Positions 56,102 to 64,000 of a DNA stretch of 64,000 nt are shown here, piece by piece. The position numbers and the translations under genes are program-made. Position 1 is the stretch's first letter. Every line of letters begins with the position of its first letter. Under the pieces are notes generated by a model. That model was not told the DNA's origin. It saw nothing but the letters and a program-made list of their open reading frames with translations, and did no database searches. Origin of the DNA: Candidatus Bipolaricaulota bacterium (GTDB lineage: Bacteria > Bipolaricaulota > Bipolaricaulia > M55B111); contig JAGYME010000001.1 of NCBI GenBank assembly GCA_018400715.1, positions 44,940 to 108,939 of the forward strand. The letters run 5' to 3'.

Positions 56102-56752
56102 TCAAGTGGAGTGAGCTTTTTCACTAATTTCCTTTACCTTACCACATACCGCCATACCCAGTTTCTCATGCTCTTCCCTTTCCAGGTGGATGCCGTCCAC
56201 CTCGCTCGATCTAACGTGGTCACCAGCGTCGAGGAGATACGTACCCCTCTCGCCAGCAACTCGCTTAAATTGTTCGGAGAAGCCCAGGGATTTATCCCTG
56301 GCACCGGAGAAGACCTGCTCGTACTCGGTCAGCTTTGCAATTGGGGGTGGCGCGATGAGAAGAATCTCCGGAGTCCCGTCTTCTCTACCGGTCTCGCTTT
56401 TTTTGATTATATCAACCAGGGTCCCTGCCCCCTCGGCCACGTCGTAAGCGGTGACGGAAAAGCGAGTCTTCAGGTCGTTTGTCCCCAGCATGAGGACGAC
56501 GAGATCCAGCGGCTTGTGCGTCTCCAGGCAGGGTACAAGGTAGTTCTTTCCCGATTTGAACCCCTCTATGGGGTCCTCCCATACGGTCGTCCGCCCGTTT
56601 AGGCCCTCTTCGATGACCAGGAACCCGTCTCCGAGTTCCTTCCGTAGCACCCCCGTCCAGCGGCTGTCCCTGTCGTAGCGGCCTTCGGAGCCGGGGACTG
56701 CCCCCCAGGTATTTGAATCGCCGTAACAGAGTATCTTGTACAAGTAGATCAC
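56102..56752 (-). CDS. SGNH/GDSL-family hydrolase
   Basis: ILCYGDSNTWG (block I Ser), LMLGTNDL (block III); 216 aa. Confidence 0.8.
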   Translation of the reverse strand: MIYLYKILCYGDSNTWGAVPGSEGRYDRDSRWTGVLRKELGDGFLVIEEGLNGRTTVWEDPIEGFKSGKNYLVPCLETHKPLDLVVLMLGTNDLKTRFSVTAYDVAEGAGTLVDIIKKSETGREDGTPEILLIAPPPIAKLTEYEQVFSGARDKSLGFSEQFKRVAGERGTYLLDAGDHVRSSEVDGIHLEREEHEKLGMAVCGKVKEISEKAHST

Positions 56753-56988
56753 CTCATCCCCTTATCTTACGGAAAAAGATGAATCCAGGAAAGAAATGCA
56801 GCTGATATTCCCGTTAAATGCTTTACCGAAGATAAATGTCTTTTGGTTAGTTCTGTAAATATTACTTGTATAACAATTTAAATATATTAATATGATTAGT
56901 AACTGTAGTATCTTCAACTAGCCCTCATAATTGAGGGATACGTATTATCCTACCAGAGAACAATCTTAATAAATGGGAGTTGAGAACA

Positions 56989-57171
56989 ATGACTAGACGC
57001 GTAAGTCTGGCTGTAGTAGTCGGTCTGGTCGTTGGATTAATAGTTGGTGGAGTAGTGGGCCTTGCTCAAGAGGAAAACGAAGCAACCGACATGGACCCAT
57101 CGGTCTTCGTGATAGAGAACGAAAGCAAATATGATTTCGACGAGACAGTCGAGATGATCCACGTATTATAA
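56989..57171 (+). CDS. small membrane protein (60 aa), hypothetical
   Basis: Single TM (LAVVVGLVVGLIVGGVVGL) followed by an acidic tail. Confidence 0.35.
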   Translation: MTRRVSLAVVVGLVVGLIVGGVVGLAQEENEATDMDPSVFVIENESKYDFDETVEMIHVL

Positions 57172-57187
57172 CAGGGACGATTATAAC

Positions 57188-57291
57188 AGGGACGGGGCTT
57201 GACATTTTGACAATATATCCAGGTTAATTTTACGGTAAGGGCGGCTGGTTGGCCTTCACAAAAAAATGTCAAAATGTCAAGCTCCGTCCCT
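57188..57291. mobile_element. MITE/REPIN-like element copy 4 (104 bp; one TIR mismatch)
   Basis: AGGGACGGGGCTTGACATTTTGACA ... TGTCAAAATGTCAAGCTCCGTCCCT. Preceded by a 15-bp tandem duplication ATTATAACAGGGACG. Confidence 0.85.
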
Positions 57292-57434
57292 CTATTGTTC
57301 TTGCCATGTGACCAGATTCCAGTATATTTTGTATCGAAAAACTACCAGCATCCTCCGGGGTGATTAACCGAGCTTTTCCACCGTAGAGGGTAGCGTGGTA
57401 GGCTAAAGATAATATTTAAAGGTGATAATCAACT

Positions 57435-58541
57435 ATGAAGAGATCGTGGATATTTTTATTCATTCTGCTGTTTGTGTTTATGTCCTTTGCGGCTTCTGCT
57501 GAAGGGGGAGAGGAGGGCGTCCCGCTCGAGGAGAAGATCGGCCAGATGCTGATGGTCGGCTTTCGTGGTCTGACCGTTGACGAGGATTCACAGATCGCCA
57601 GGGATATATCGGCCGGACGGGTCGGAGGCGTAATTCTGTTCGACTACGACGTGGCACTCGACTCTTCCGTAAGAAACATATCATCTCCGGAGCAGGTCCG
57701 GGAGTTAGTCTCTACTTTAAAGAGCTTTTCCGACGACCCCCTGTTCGTCGCCGTCGACCAGGAAGGCGGAAAGGTCAGCCGTCTGAAGGAGAAATATGGC
57801 TTTCCGGCGACTGTATCGCAGGAGTACCTCGGCGAGGAGGACGACCCGGAGCTAACCCGATACTACGCCGCCCGCACGGCGAATGCCCTGGCTGATATGG
57901 GGTTCAACTTAAACTTCGCCCCCGTAGTAGACTTGAACGTCAACCCAGACAACCCGGCGATAGGTAAACTGGAAAGGAGTTTCTCCGCTGAACCCGATGT
58001 CGTGTTGAGAAACGCGGAGATAGTTATAGAGGAGCTTTACAAGAAGGGAATAAAGTCATGCCTGAAGCACTTTCCCGGTCATGGGAGCTCAGCCGGGGAC
58101 AGCCACGAGGGCATAACGGACGTCACCGAGACGTGGAGCGAGGTAGAACTGGAACCCTACCGGCAGATCATCTCAGGCGGGAAAGCCGACTTCATCATGA
58201 CGGCACACATCTTCAACCGGAACTGGGACCCAAAATATCCCGCTACGCTGTCCAGGGACGTGATCACGGGGATATTGCGGGACGAGCTCGGCTTCGACGG
58301 GGTTGTCTTCTCAGACGATTTGAACATGGGGGCTATACGAGAGCAGTACTCCCTCGAGGAGACTATCCGCCTGGCAATTAATGCAGGAGTTGATGTGCTA
58401 ATCTTCGCCAACAACCTTACCTACGACGAGATGATCGCCGTCAAGGCGGTAGATATTATTCAGAAATTGGTAGAAGAAGGTGAAATACCGGAATCAAGGA
58501 TTGACGAGTCCTACAGCAGGATCATGGAGGCCAAGAATTAG
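57435..58541 (+). CDS. nagZ: secreted glycoside hydrolase family 3 beta-N-acetylhexosaminidase (NagZ-like)
   Basis: Signal peptide; VAVDQEGGKVSRL and KHFPGHG catalytic motifs. Confidence 0.75.
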   Translation: MKRSWIFLFILLFVFMSFAASAEGGEEGVPLEEKIGQMLMVGFRGLTVDEDSQIARDISAGRVGGVILFDYDVALDSSVRNISSPEQVRELVSTLKSFSDDPLFVAVDQEGGKVSRLKEKYGFPATVSQEYLGEEDDPELTRYYAARTANALADMGFNLNFAPVVDLNVNPDNPAIGKLERSFSAEPDVVLRNAEIVIEELYKKGIKSCLKHFPGHGSSAGDSHEGITDVTETWSEVELEPYRQIISGGKADFIMTAHIFNRNWDPKYPATLSRDVITGILRDELGFDGVVFSDDLNMGAIREQYSLEETIRLAINAGVDVLIFANNLTYDEMIAVKAVDIIQKLVEEGEIPESRIDESYSRIMEAKN

Positions 58542-58600
58542 TCAAAGCTCGCCTTATAGACCTCAGCTTTGGAGGGTGGGAAAGGACTTAGTATTCCCCG

Positions 58601-59635
58601 TCATTCCGCCTTTACCTGCTCGTAGAACTGGTCCGGTTTTAGCTCGCGGAAATCCCCGTGCTCGTGCAGGTGGGTCCTGAGGTCCGTGCACAGGTGGCAC
58701 TTCGAGTAATAGCCGTCCCTGGCGCGGTATCCGTATCCCCTCGCCAGGTCGTACAGGCCGGCCATGTCGTCTTCGATGAGGAGGGAGAGTACGGGGTACT
58801 CTTCTGCCGGTAAGCCTTCGTCCATTAGGCGGGGAAGGTCTTCTATCTTGCCGAACGATAGGCCACCGCAGTATCCCGGGACGTAGTTTCCGTAGTTGTC
58901 GACGTGGTCGTGCCATTCGCGCAGGAGGGACGTCGGGCAACTTTTGTCAAACCAGTACTCGGCTGGCCGGGTCTCCAGGCCGGAGACTCCGTAGTCCGGG
59001 ACCTCGTAAGGGGCCCTGCCGGAGAGGAAGAACTCGGCTCCGCGCAGCAGTTTACCCTCCCTGCCTTTCACGTAATCGGACAGGTCGAGCGTACCTTCGA
59101 GACCTGCCCTCTCGAACTCCTGCAGGTAGGACTCCTGGTAGACGATCGCGTCATCTCCGTAGACCTCCCGACCAAATTTGACTGCCCGCTTGGTGTTCTC
59201 GAAAGGAACGTATTCGGCGTAGAAGGGGTTGACCGAAACCATTATCCCGTCCAATCCGGCCTCCGAAAGCTCGATTAACTTCTGACGCGTCGTTTCGGGG
59301 TCGACGGCCCAGAAGGAGTTGGTCTCGACGAACAGAGACGGTATCTCGTATTCCCTTGCAAGCCTCGTTGCATCCAGGAGCCTATCGTAGTGGAGAAAGG
59401 GCTCACCACCGGTCAGATGGAGGCCGTGATTTAGGCCGATGGACCTCCGCCCCCGGGGACTGGGGACGATGTGGTCCGAGAGGATCGAAAGCGTTTCTCT
59501 TAATTCATCCTGGCTCATGAGGTCGGCGTCCCAATCGGGACTGCAGAAGTAAATGCAGTGGGCGCAGTGGGCTGTACAGCGGTAACTCAGGATAAGCCCT
59601 ACTGACTTAGGCTCTGGGACTGGTATTCTATTCAT
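58601..59635 (-). CDS. radical SAM protein, unassigned subfamily (344 aa)
   Basis: CTAHCAHC (Cx3Cx2C) and LTGGEPFL SAM-binding motif. The C-terminus has extra Cys (GYCGG, KCHLC) but no clear SPASM domain. Confidence 0.7.
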   Translation of the reverse strand: MNRIPVPEPKSVGLILSYRCTAHCAHCIYFCSPDWDADLMSQDELRETLSILSDHIVPSPRGRRSIGLNHGLHLTGGEPFLHYDRLLDATRLAREYEIPSLFVETNSFWAVDPETTRQKLIELSEAGLDGIMVSVNPFYAEYVPFENTKRAVKFGREVYGDDAIVYQESYLQEFERAGLEGTLDLSDYVKGREGKLLRGAEFFLSGRAPYEVPDYGVSGLETRPAEYWFDKSCPTSLLREWHDHVDNYGNYVPGYCGGLSFGKIEDLPRLMDEGLPAEEYPVLSLLIEDDMAGLYDLARGYGYRARDGYYSKCHLCTDLRTHLHEHGDFRELKPDQFYEQVKAE

Positions 59636-59709
59636 AATAATGGGTTTCGAAAAGTACCCCCTCCCGGCTTACCAGGAGGGGGTACAAAATTGTACTTCCT
59701 CAAGCCTCC

Positions 59710-61812
59710 CTATTCGATTATAACCCTATCTTCTGCGACGTTTTCGCCGATCACGTCAACCCCATCCAGGTATTCGAACAGCATCTCCTGCTCTGTTAAC
59801 TCGGTCTCGCCGTCCTTGGTGAAGCCCGGCACCGGAGCGTAGTCTCCGCCGTAGGCGTAGGAATTGAAGGAGACAGAATAGGTCTTGTCACGCTTGAGGT
59901 CGGTCTCTATTCCCGTTACCTTACCGTCTTCCGCCTGATAGGTAACGTTGACTCCCGAGACCTGCAGGTCCACGTTATCGTAGGCCTGTCCTCGCTCCAG
60001 CAGGAACTCTTCTAAGTGTTTGCCCGAGATTTCTCCCCATACTGCCTTGTTCTCGTTGATGTAATTTCCGTAAAGCGTAAGCAGCTGCGGCTGTCTAACT
60101 TCGCTCCCGGCGCTGATCGAGTCTGCACCAGCGTTTAGGCCGGAGTAACTGGGGAACGTTGCCACGTCAACACCCGTTACCGCCTTTATGGCGTCGGCCA
60201 TGAGGTTTCCGGCAGAAGTAGATCCCTCCGTCTTGCCCTCAGAGCTGAGTTTGACTTCGGTCTCGGCAAGGGGCACACCTTCGCCGACAAAAGACTTGGA
60301 AGTCCTGTCGAGGTTCCCGTAGGTGTGGTTTAGTTCGAACTCACCTATCACGTCCTCGAGGAAGGTCACTATGGCGTCGTTGACCCTGACGTGCGCGTTC
60401 TCTCCCTCGTTCCTGGCGGAAAAGTCGTAGGAGCTGGCGATGTATTCGTTCATCGCCACCGTGTACGTCTCCTCCTCCGGTAGGTCCTCCCCGTAGTAGT
60501 TGTAGAGCTTAACTTCCTCCACCTCGTTTTCCGGGCTTATCAGGACCTTGTAAGTCATGCCGGAGACCTTGAGGTCCGTCGGGCCGTGGTCGTCGAAGTC
60601 GTTTCTGATTACAGACTTGATATCGTCCGTCGTCATCTCGTAGACGATTATGTCGTTGCCGAACGGCTCCAGGTCGAATACGTCCCCTACGGTCACGTCA
60701 CCGGGCCCCAGGGCACCGATCCTGATGCCGCCGCTGTTCTGGAAGGCTATATCCACGTCGTATCCCATTTCCTCGAGTTTGGGTGACCTGACTACCGCGT
60801 CGGTCATCAGGCACCCGAGGTTCTCCGTCCCGTCGATTGGCTCGTCTAAGTGGTTTATCTTCCGGGAGAAGATCTTATCGAGTTCGGCCCTGTATCCCTC
60901 GATGACTTCCTTAACTTCATCGTCCGAGCCCTCAATCTCCGTTACCTTAACCAGCTTGCCGGACCTTTCTACGATCTCGTTTTCCTCGTTGAACTCGATC
61001 GTCACCTGCCCGAGGAACTCGAGGTCCTCGCCCGCCTGGACGATCAGGACGTCGTTTGTGAGTCCGGGCTCGGCGATGGCGGTGGCAGAGTTTCCCCCGA
61101 TGATAACGTCGAACCCGCCGACTTCCTCGGCCAGTTCGCGGTCCCATTCGTAACCGAGGTGGGTGAGGCCGATGTAGGCGTCGAACTCATCCGTGAGATA
61201 AGAATACTCCTTTGCCGTCGCCACGGGGTCGTTGAACGTCAGCCCGTACAGGTTCGTGGGCAAGGTAGCGGGGTATTTGTCCCTGACCTCTACCAGGCCG
61301 AGGAACGCCAGCTCCGCACCGAAGCTGGTCTCCATTTTTACGTAGGCGGGAGGTAATTCCACCTCCGCAACTTCCTCGTCGACCTCGAGGTTGGCGAGGA
61401 TGAACTCGAAGTCCGCGTTTTCTGCGTTCGCCTGCAACCGTTTCTGACCGTAATCGAACTCGTGATTTCCTATGACCGATAGGTCTACTCCGACCTCATT
61501 CAAAACGTCGACCATCGGTTTTCCCCTGAGGTTTTCTCCATCAATTACGTACTCGTCCACTATCGCGTTGCCGGTGAAGATATCTCCGGCGGTCACGGTC
61601 AATACTTCATCGTACTCTTCTTCGAGCTTCTGTTTGTACCAGCTTACCCTGTCCAAGTTCTCCAATACTCCGTGGACGTCGTTTACGTGGAGTATGGCGA
61701 GGCTGTGCCCGCCGTCGGCGTGACCTGCGGACAGGGAAGTAACCCCCAACAAAAAGACCGCCATCAGTACTGCGACTCCAGCGACTTTGGCGTTAAATTT
61801 TGACGTTTTCAT
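59710..61812 (-). CDS. secreted bifunctional metallophosphatase / 5'-nucleotidase (UshA-like)
   Basis: Signal peptide; ILHVNDVHG, GNHEFD metallophosphatase motifs; C-terminal 5'-nucleotidase domain; 700 aa. Confidence 0.85.
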   Translation of the reverse strand: MKTSKFNAKVAGVAVLMAVFLLGVTSLSAGHADGGHSLAILHVNDVHGVLENLDRVSWYKQKLEEEYDEVLTVTAGDIFTGNAIVDEYVIDGENLRGKPMVDVLNEVGVDLSVIGNHEFDYGQKRLQANAENADFEFILANLEVDEEVAEVELPPAYVKMETSFGAELAFLGLVEVRDKYPATLPTNLYGLTFNDPVATAKEYSYLTDEFDAYIGLTHLGYEWDRELAEEVGGFDVIIGGNSATAIAEPGLTNDVLIVQAGEDLEFLGQVTIEFNEENEIVERSGKLVKVTEIEGSDDEVKEVIEGYRAELDKIFSRKINHLDEPIDGTENLGCLMTDAVVRSPKLEEMGYDVDIAFQNSGGIRIGALGPGDVTVGDVFDLEPFGNDIIVYEMTTDDIKSVIRNDFDDHGPTDLKVSGMTYKVLISPENEVEEVKLYNYYGEDLPEEETYTVAMNEYIASSYDFSARNEGENAHVRVNDAIVTFLEDVIGEFELNHTYGNLDRTSKSFVGEGVPLAETEVKLSSEGKTEGSTSAGNLMADAIKAVTGVDVATFPSYSGLNAGADSISAGSEVRQPQLLTLYGNYINENKAVWGEISGKHLEEFLLERGQAYDNVDLQVSGVNVTYQAEDGKVTGIETDLKRDKTYSVSFNSYAYGGDYAPVPGFTKDGETELTEQEMLFEYLDGVDVIGENVAEDRVIIE

Positions 61813-61857
61813 TGCTCGTACCCCCCTGTTAGTGTTGTTTGTCCAAAGGATTTACCG

Positions 61858-62094
61858 CTAACCCTGACTCCCATCTTGAAGGTCCTCCCGACCCCCACTT
61901 GCTTCGACGATCGTCAGTTTCTCCCGCCCCGTGAGTTCTCCGCCTAATTGAACCTCGTTGCCGGCCTCGTCCACCACCAGTCTTTTCCCTGCGTTGATTA
62001 ACCGGTAGTCTTCCAGTGAATAACTCATGATTGCATGGCGTACGCGGGCCCCGGAAAACACCTTGACCGGTTCGCCGTTGACCTCAACTTCCAT
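61858..62094 (-). CDS. ThiS/MoaD-like beta-grasp sulfur-carrier-type protein with C-terminal extension after Gly-Gly
   Basis: MEVEVNGEPVKV...LTIVEASGG-REDLQDGSQG. The GG lies 10 residues before the C-terminus. Confidence 0.45.
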   Translation of the reverse strand: MEVEVNGEPVKVFSGARVRHAIMSYSLEDYRLINAGKRLVVDEAGNEVQLGGELTGREKLTIVEASGGREDLQDGSQG

Positions 62095-62415
62095 CTTCTT
62101 CTCCAGTCACGTTTTCGTCTTTCAAGCTTCAAGCCGGAAATCGCTTAACCCCCGGTAAATTTATTATACAAAAACGAGGGGTGTTTGAAAAATCCCGGCT
62201 TTTGCCTGTTTTCGTGATCTGGCTCCACAACCACCGGAGGTCACCTGTTTTCGTCGTTTTGAAGTAACCACAAGTTGCACTAACTGGCTCAATCGATATG
62301 CTTATTATCGTTGTCTTTTTCTTATAATTGATAAGGATCTTTGTGTTTCTTGGCAAGTCTACCCGGTTGTTACGGTTGAAAAATTAAAAAACGTCTGACG
62401 TTTGGAGGTAACGTT

Positions 62416-63312
62416 ATGTCAGTCCCGGCCGTATTTAATGATATATGGCAGACTTTGCAGCAGCCCCTGTTCAAAATAGGTGGGCACGGGATATCCCTGA
62501 TATCCTTCATCTACTTTGCCATCCCCATTGTCGTCTCATTGCTCGTCTCCAGGCTGGTCATAGGTATTCTCAAGCGAAAAGTTTATTCGAAGACGGAACT
62601 GGCGGAGGGTGCGCAGTACACCCTCTCCCGGCTGATTAAGTACATAATCGTGGGGCTGGGTCTACTAACCGGCCTCCAGATGATCGGGTTTAACCTGACG
62701 ACCATCCACATCTTCGGCGGTCTGTTCGGGGTCGGGGTGGGGTTTGGCCTGCAGAACATCTTTTCAAATTTTTTCTCTGGGGTCATCCTGCTGTTGGAGC
62801 GACCGATTCAGGTGGGAGATATCATTGAAATTGACGGTGAGTTCTGCCACGTGCGGGAGATCAAGTTCCGGGTGACCGCCGTGACCACGTTTGACAACGA
62901 GACGGTCCTGGTGCCGAACACGAAGTTGGCCAGCGAAGAGGTGACGAACTGGTCCTACGGCGGGGACACGACCCTTAGGCTGCACATACCCATCGGCGTC
63001 GGTTACGACTCCGACGTAAAGCAGGTAAAGAAGTTTTTGACCGAAATCGCCGACTCCGAAGATAACGTGGTCGACCACCCGAAGCCGAGGGCGTATTTCA
63101 AGGAGCACGGCGATTCCTCCCTGAACTTTGAGCTACTGGCATGGGTCAATAACCCGGTCAACGTCATTCCTGTCAGGGACTCCATCAGGGAGAAGATTGA
63201 CGAGAAGTTCAGAAAGGAAAACATAGAGATCCCGTACCCCAAGCGGGACAACAACCTATTTCCTCAGGGAAAGTTCGAAGGGCTGGCGCCGGATTCCCCC
63301 TCAGAAAATTAA
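62416..63312 (+). CDS. mechanosensitive ion channel (MscS family)
   Basis: 3 TM plus the conserved ...GDIIEIDGEFCHVREIKFRVTAVTTFDNETVLVPNTKL beta-domain. Confidence 0.85.
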   Translation: MSVPAVFNDIWQTLQQPLFKIGGHGISLISFIYFAIPIVVSLLVSRLVIGILKRKVYSKTELAEGAQYTLSRLIKYIIVGLGLLTGLQMIGFNLTTIHIFGGLFGVGVGFGLQNIFSNFFSGVILLLERPIQVGDIIEIDGEFCHVREIKFRVTAVTTFDNETVLVPNTKLASEEVTNWSYGGDTTLRLHIPIGVGYDSDVKQVKKFLTEIADSEDNVVDHPKPRAYFKEHGDSSLNFELLAWVNNPVNVIPVRDSIREKIDEKFRKENIEIPYPKRDNNLFPQGKFEGLAPDSPSEN

Positions 63313-63409
63313 AGTACGCTACAAAACTTGACTAAATTACCGTAAATATGATATAAAGAACTATTATGCATCGATAGAAAATCGAAAAACCTACGGGATG
63401 TGAATATAC

Positions 63410-64000
63410 ATGACCGACGAGTTCCTCTCCGAGTTCAAATCTCTCAAGACATTTGTAATCTTGTTCGGCAGCCTGTTCGTGCTCGCCATGATACTAAACA
63501 TAATTCAGCCGGTTTTCCAAATCTTTCTTATGCTCTTCATGGGTATACTCGTTTCTGTCTTACTCAGCGGACTCGGATTTCTGGTCAAATCAAGGATAAA
63601 CGTTTCCTATCGAACGGGGGTAACGATAGTTATCCTGGCCCTGTTCGTCCTGTCGCTTTTGGGTGGCTGGTTCATGGGAAGGCAGGCGATAAAGGAGTTC
63701 TCGGAGATGATAAAGAAGCTTCCCAAGGCGGAACAGACGATTCAGGACGAGCTGAACAAGCACGAATGGGGGAAGTCTCTGCTCCACCTATCCTCTGAGA
63801 GGGATAAGATCCTCTCGTTGCGGGGTGGTATGCTTAAGAACCTGACCGGGCTCTTCTCGGAGACTATAGGACAGGCCGTTTCCGTGGCAATCATTCTGGT
63901 AATAGGTATTTACATGGCACTTAACCCGACCCTGTATTTGAAAGGTGCGATCAAGTTGTTCCCCATGGAAAAGCGGGACAGGGCCAGGGACACGCTGAGT
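63410..64000 (+). CDS. AI-2E/PerM-family transporter (N-terminal part; continues beyond window end)
   Basis: Open frame from ATG at 63410 to the window end; TM-rich with ...FPMEKRDRARD... characteristic of AI-2E permeases. The ORF-track 63400..63798 frame is rejected. Confidence 0.6.
   Translation, partial: MTDEFLSEFKSLKTFVILFGSLFVLAMILNIIQPVFQIFLMLFMGILVSVLLSGLGFLVKSRINVSYRTGVTIVILALFVLSLLGGWFMGRQAIKEFSEMIKKLPKAEQTIQDELNKHEWGKSLLHLSSERDKILSLRGGMLKNLTGLFSETIGQAVSVAIILVIGIYMALNPTLYLKGAIKLFPMEKRDRARDTLS

Noticed and set aside
1-64000. CRISPR arrays, tRNA and rRNA genes
   Set aside because: No regularly spaced direct repeats, no cloverleaf/T-loop (GTTCRAnYC) candidates and no rRNA-like stretches were recognised in the intergenic regions. 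The only multi-copy repeats are the four MITE copies, which are inverted-repeat elements, not CRISPR repeats.

Overview
64-kb chromosomal segment, about 55% GC, from what looks like a diderm bacterium. Evidence for that: a GreA homologue, an outer-membrane beta-barrel protein ending in ...SYEF, and GGAGG-type Shine-Dalgarno sites throughout. Most of the content is ordinary: APC amino-acid permease, EamA and MATE transporters, a sugar ABC transporter with ADH/SDR genes, gnd, a 2-hydroxyacid dehydrogenase, two FGGY kinases, cysK, an M19 dipeptidase, secreted phosphoesterases, two giant parallel beta-helix secreted proteins, MscS and a PerM-type (AI-2E) permease. No tRNA, rRNA or CRISPR array was recognised. 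The stand-out feature is a family of 104-105-bp MITE/REPIN-like elements with 25-bp perfect terminal inverted repeats (AGGGACGGTGCTTGACATTTTGACA), present in four copies. Two copies bracket an IS200/IS605-type HuH (RAYT-like) transposase. Two directly oriented copies delimit a 12-kb block carrying an XRE/Cys regulator, Tat-secreted and Ig-like proteins, and a Liv-type ABC transporter fused in one operon with sdhA-sdhB, a DoxX-like membrane protein and an SDR. The elements have rebuilt gene 3' ends, supplying stop codons, and truncate a flavin-reductase gene. The window also holds several other gene remnants (esterase, GH31, PflX-type radical SAM), three tandem URO-D/MtaA-like paralogues with no corrinoid partner, and an 18-bp extended -10 promoter motif shared by two loci.
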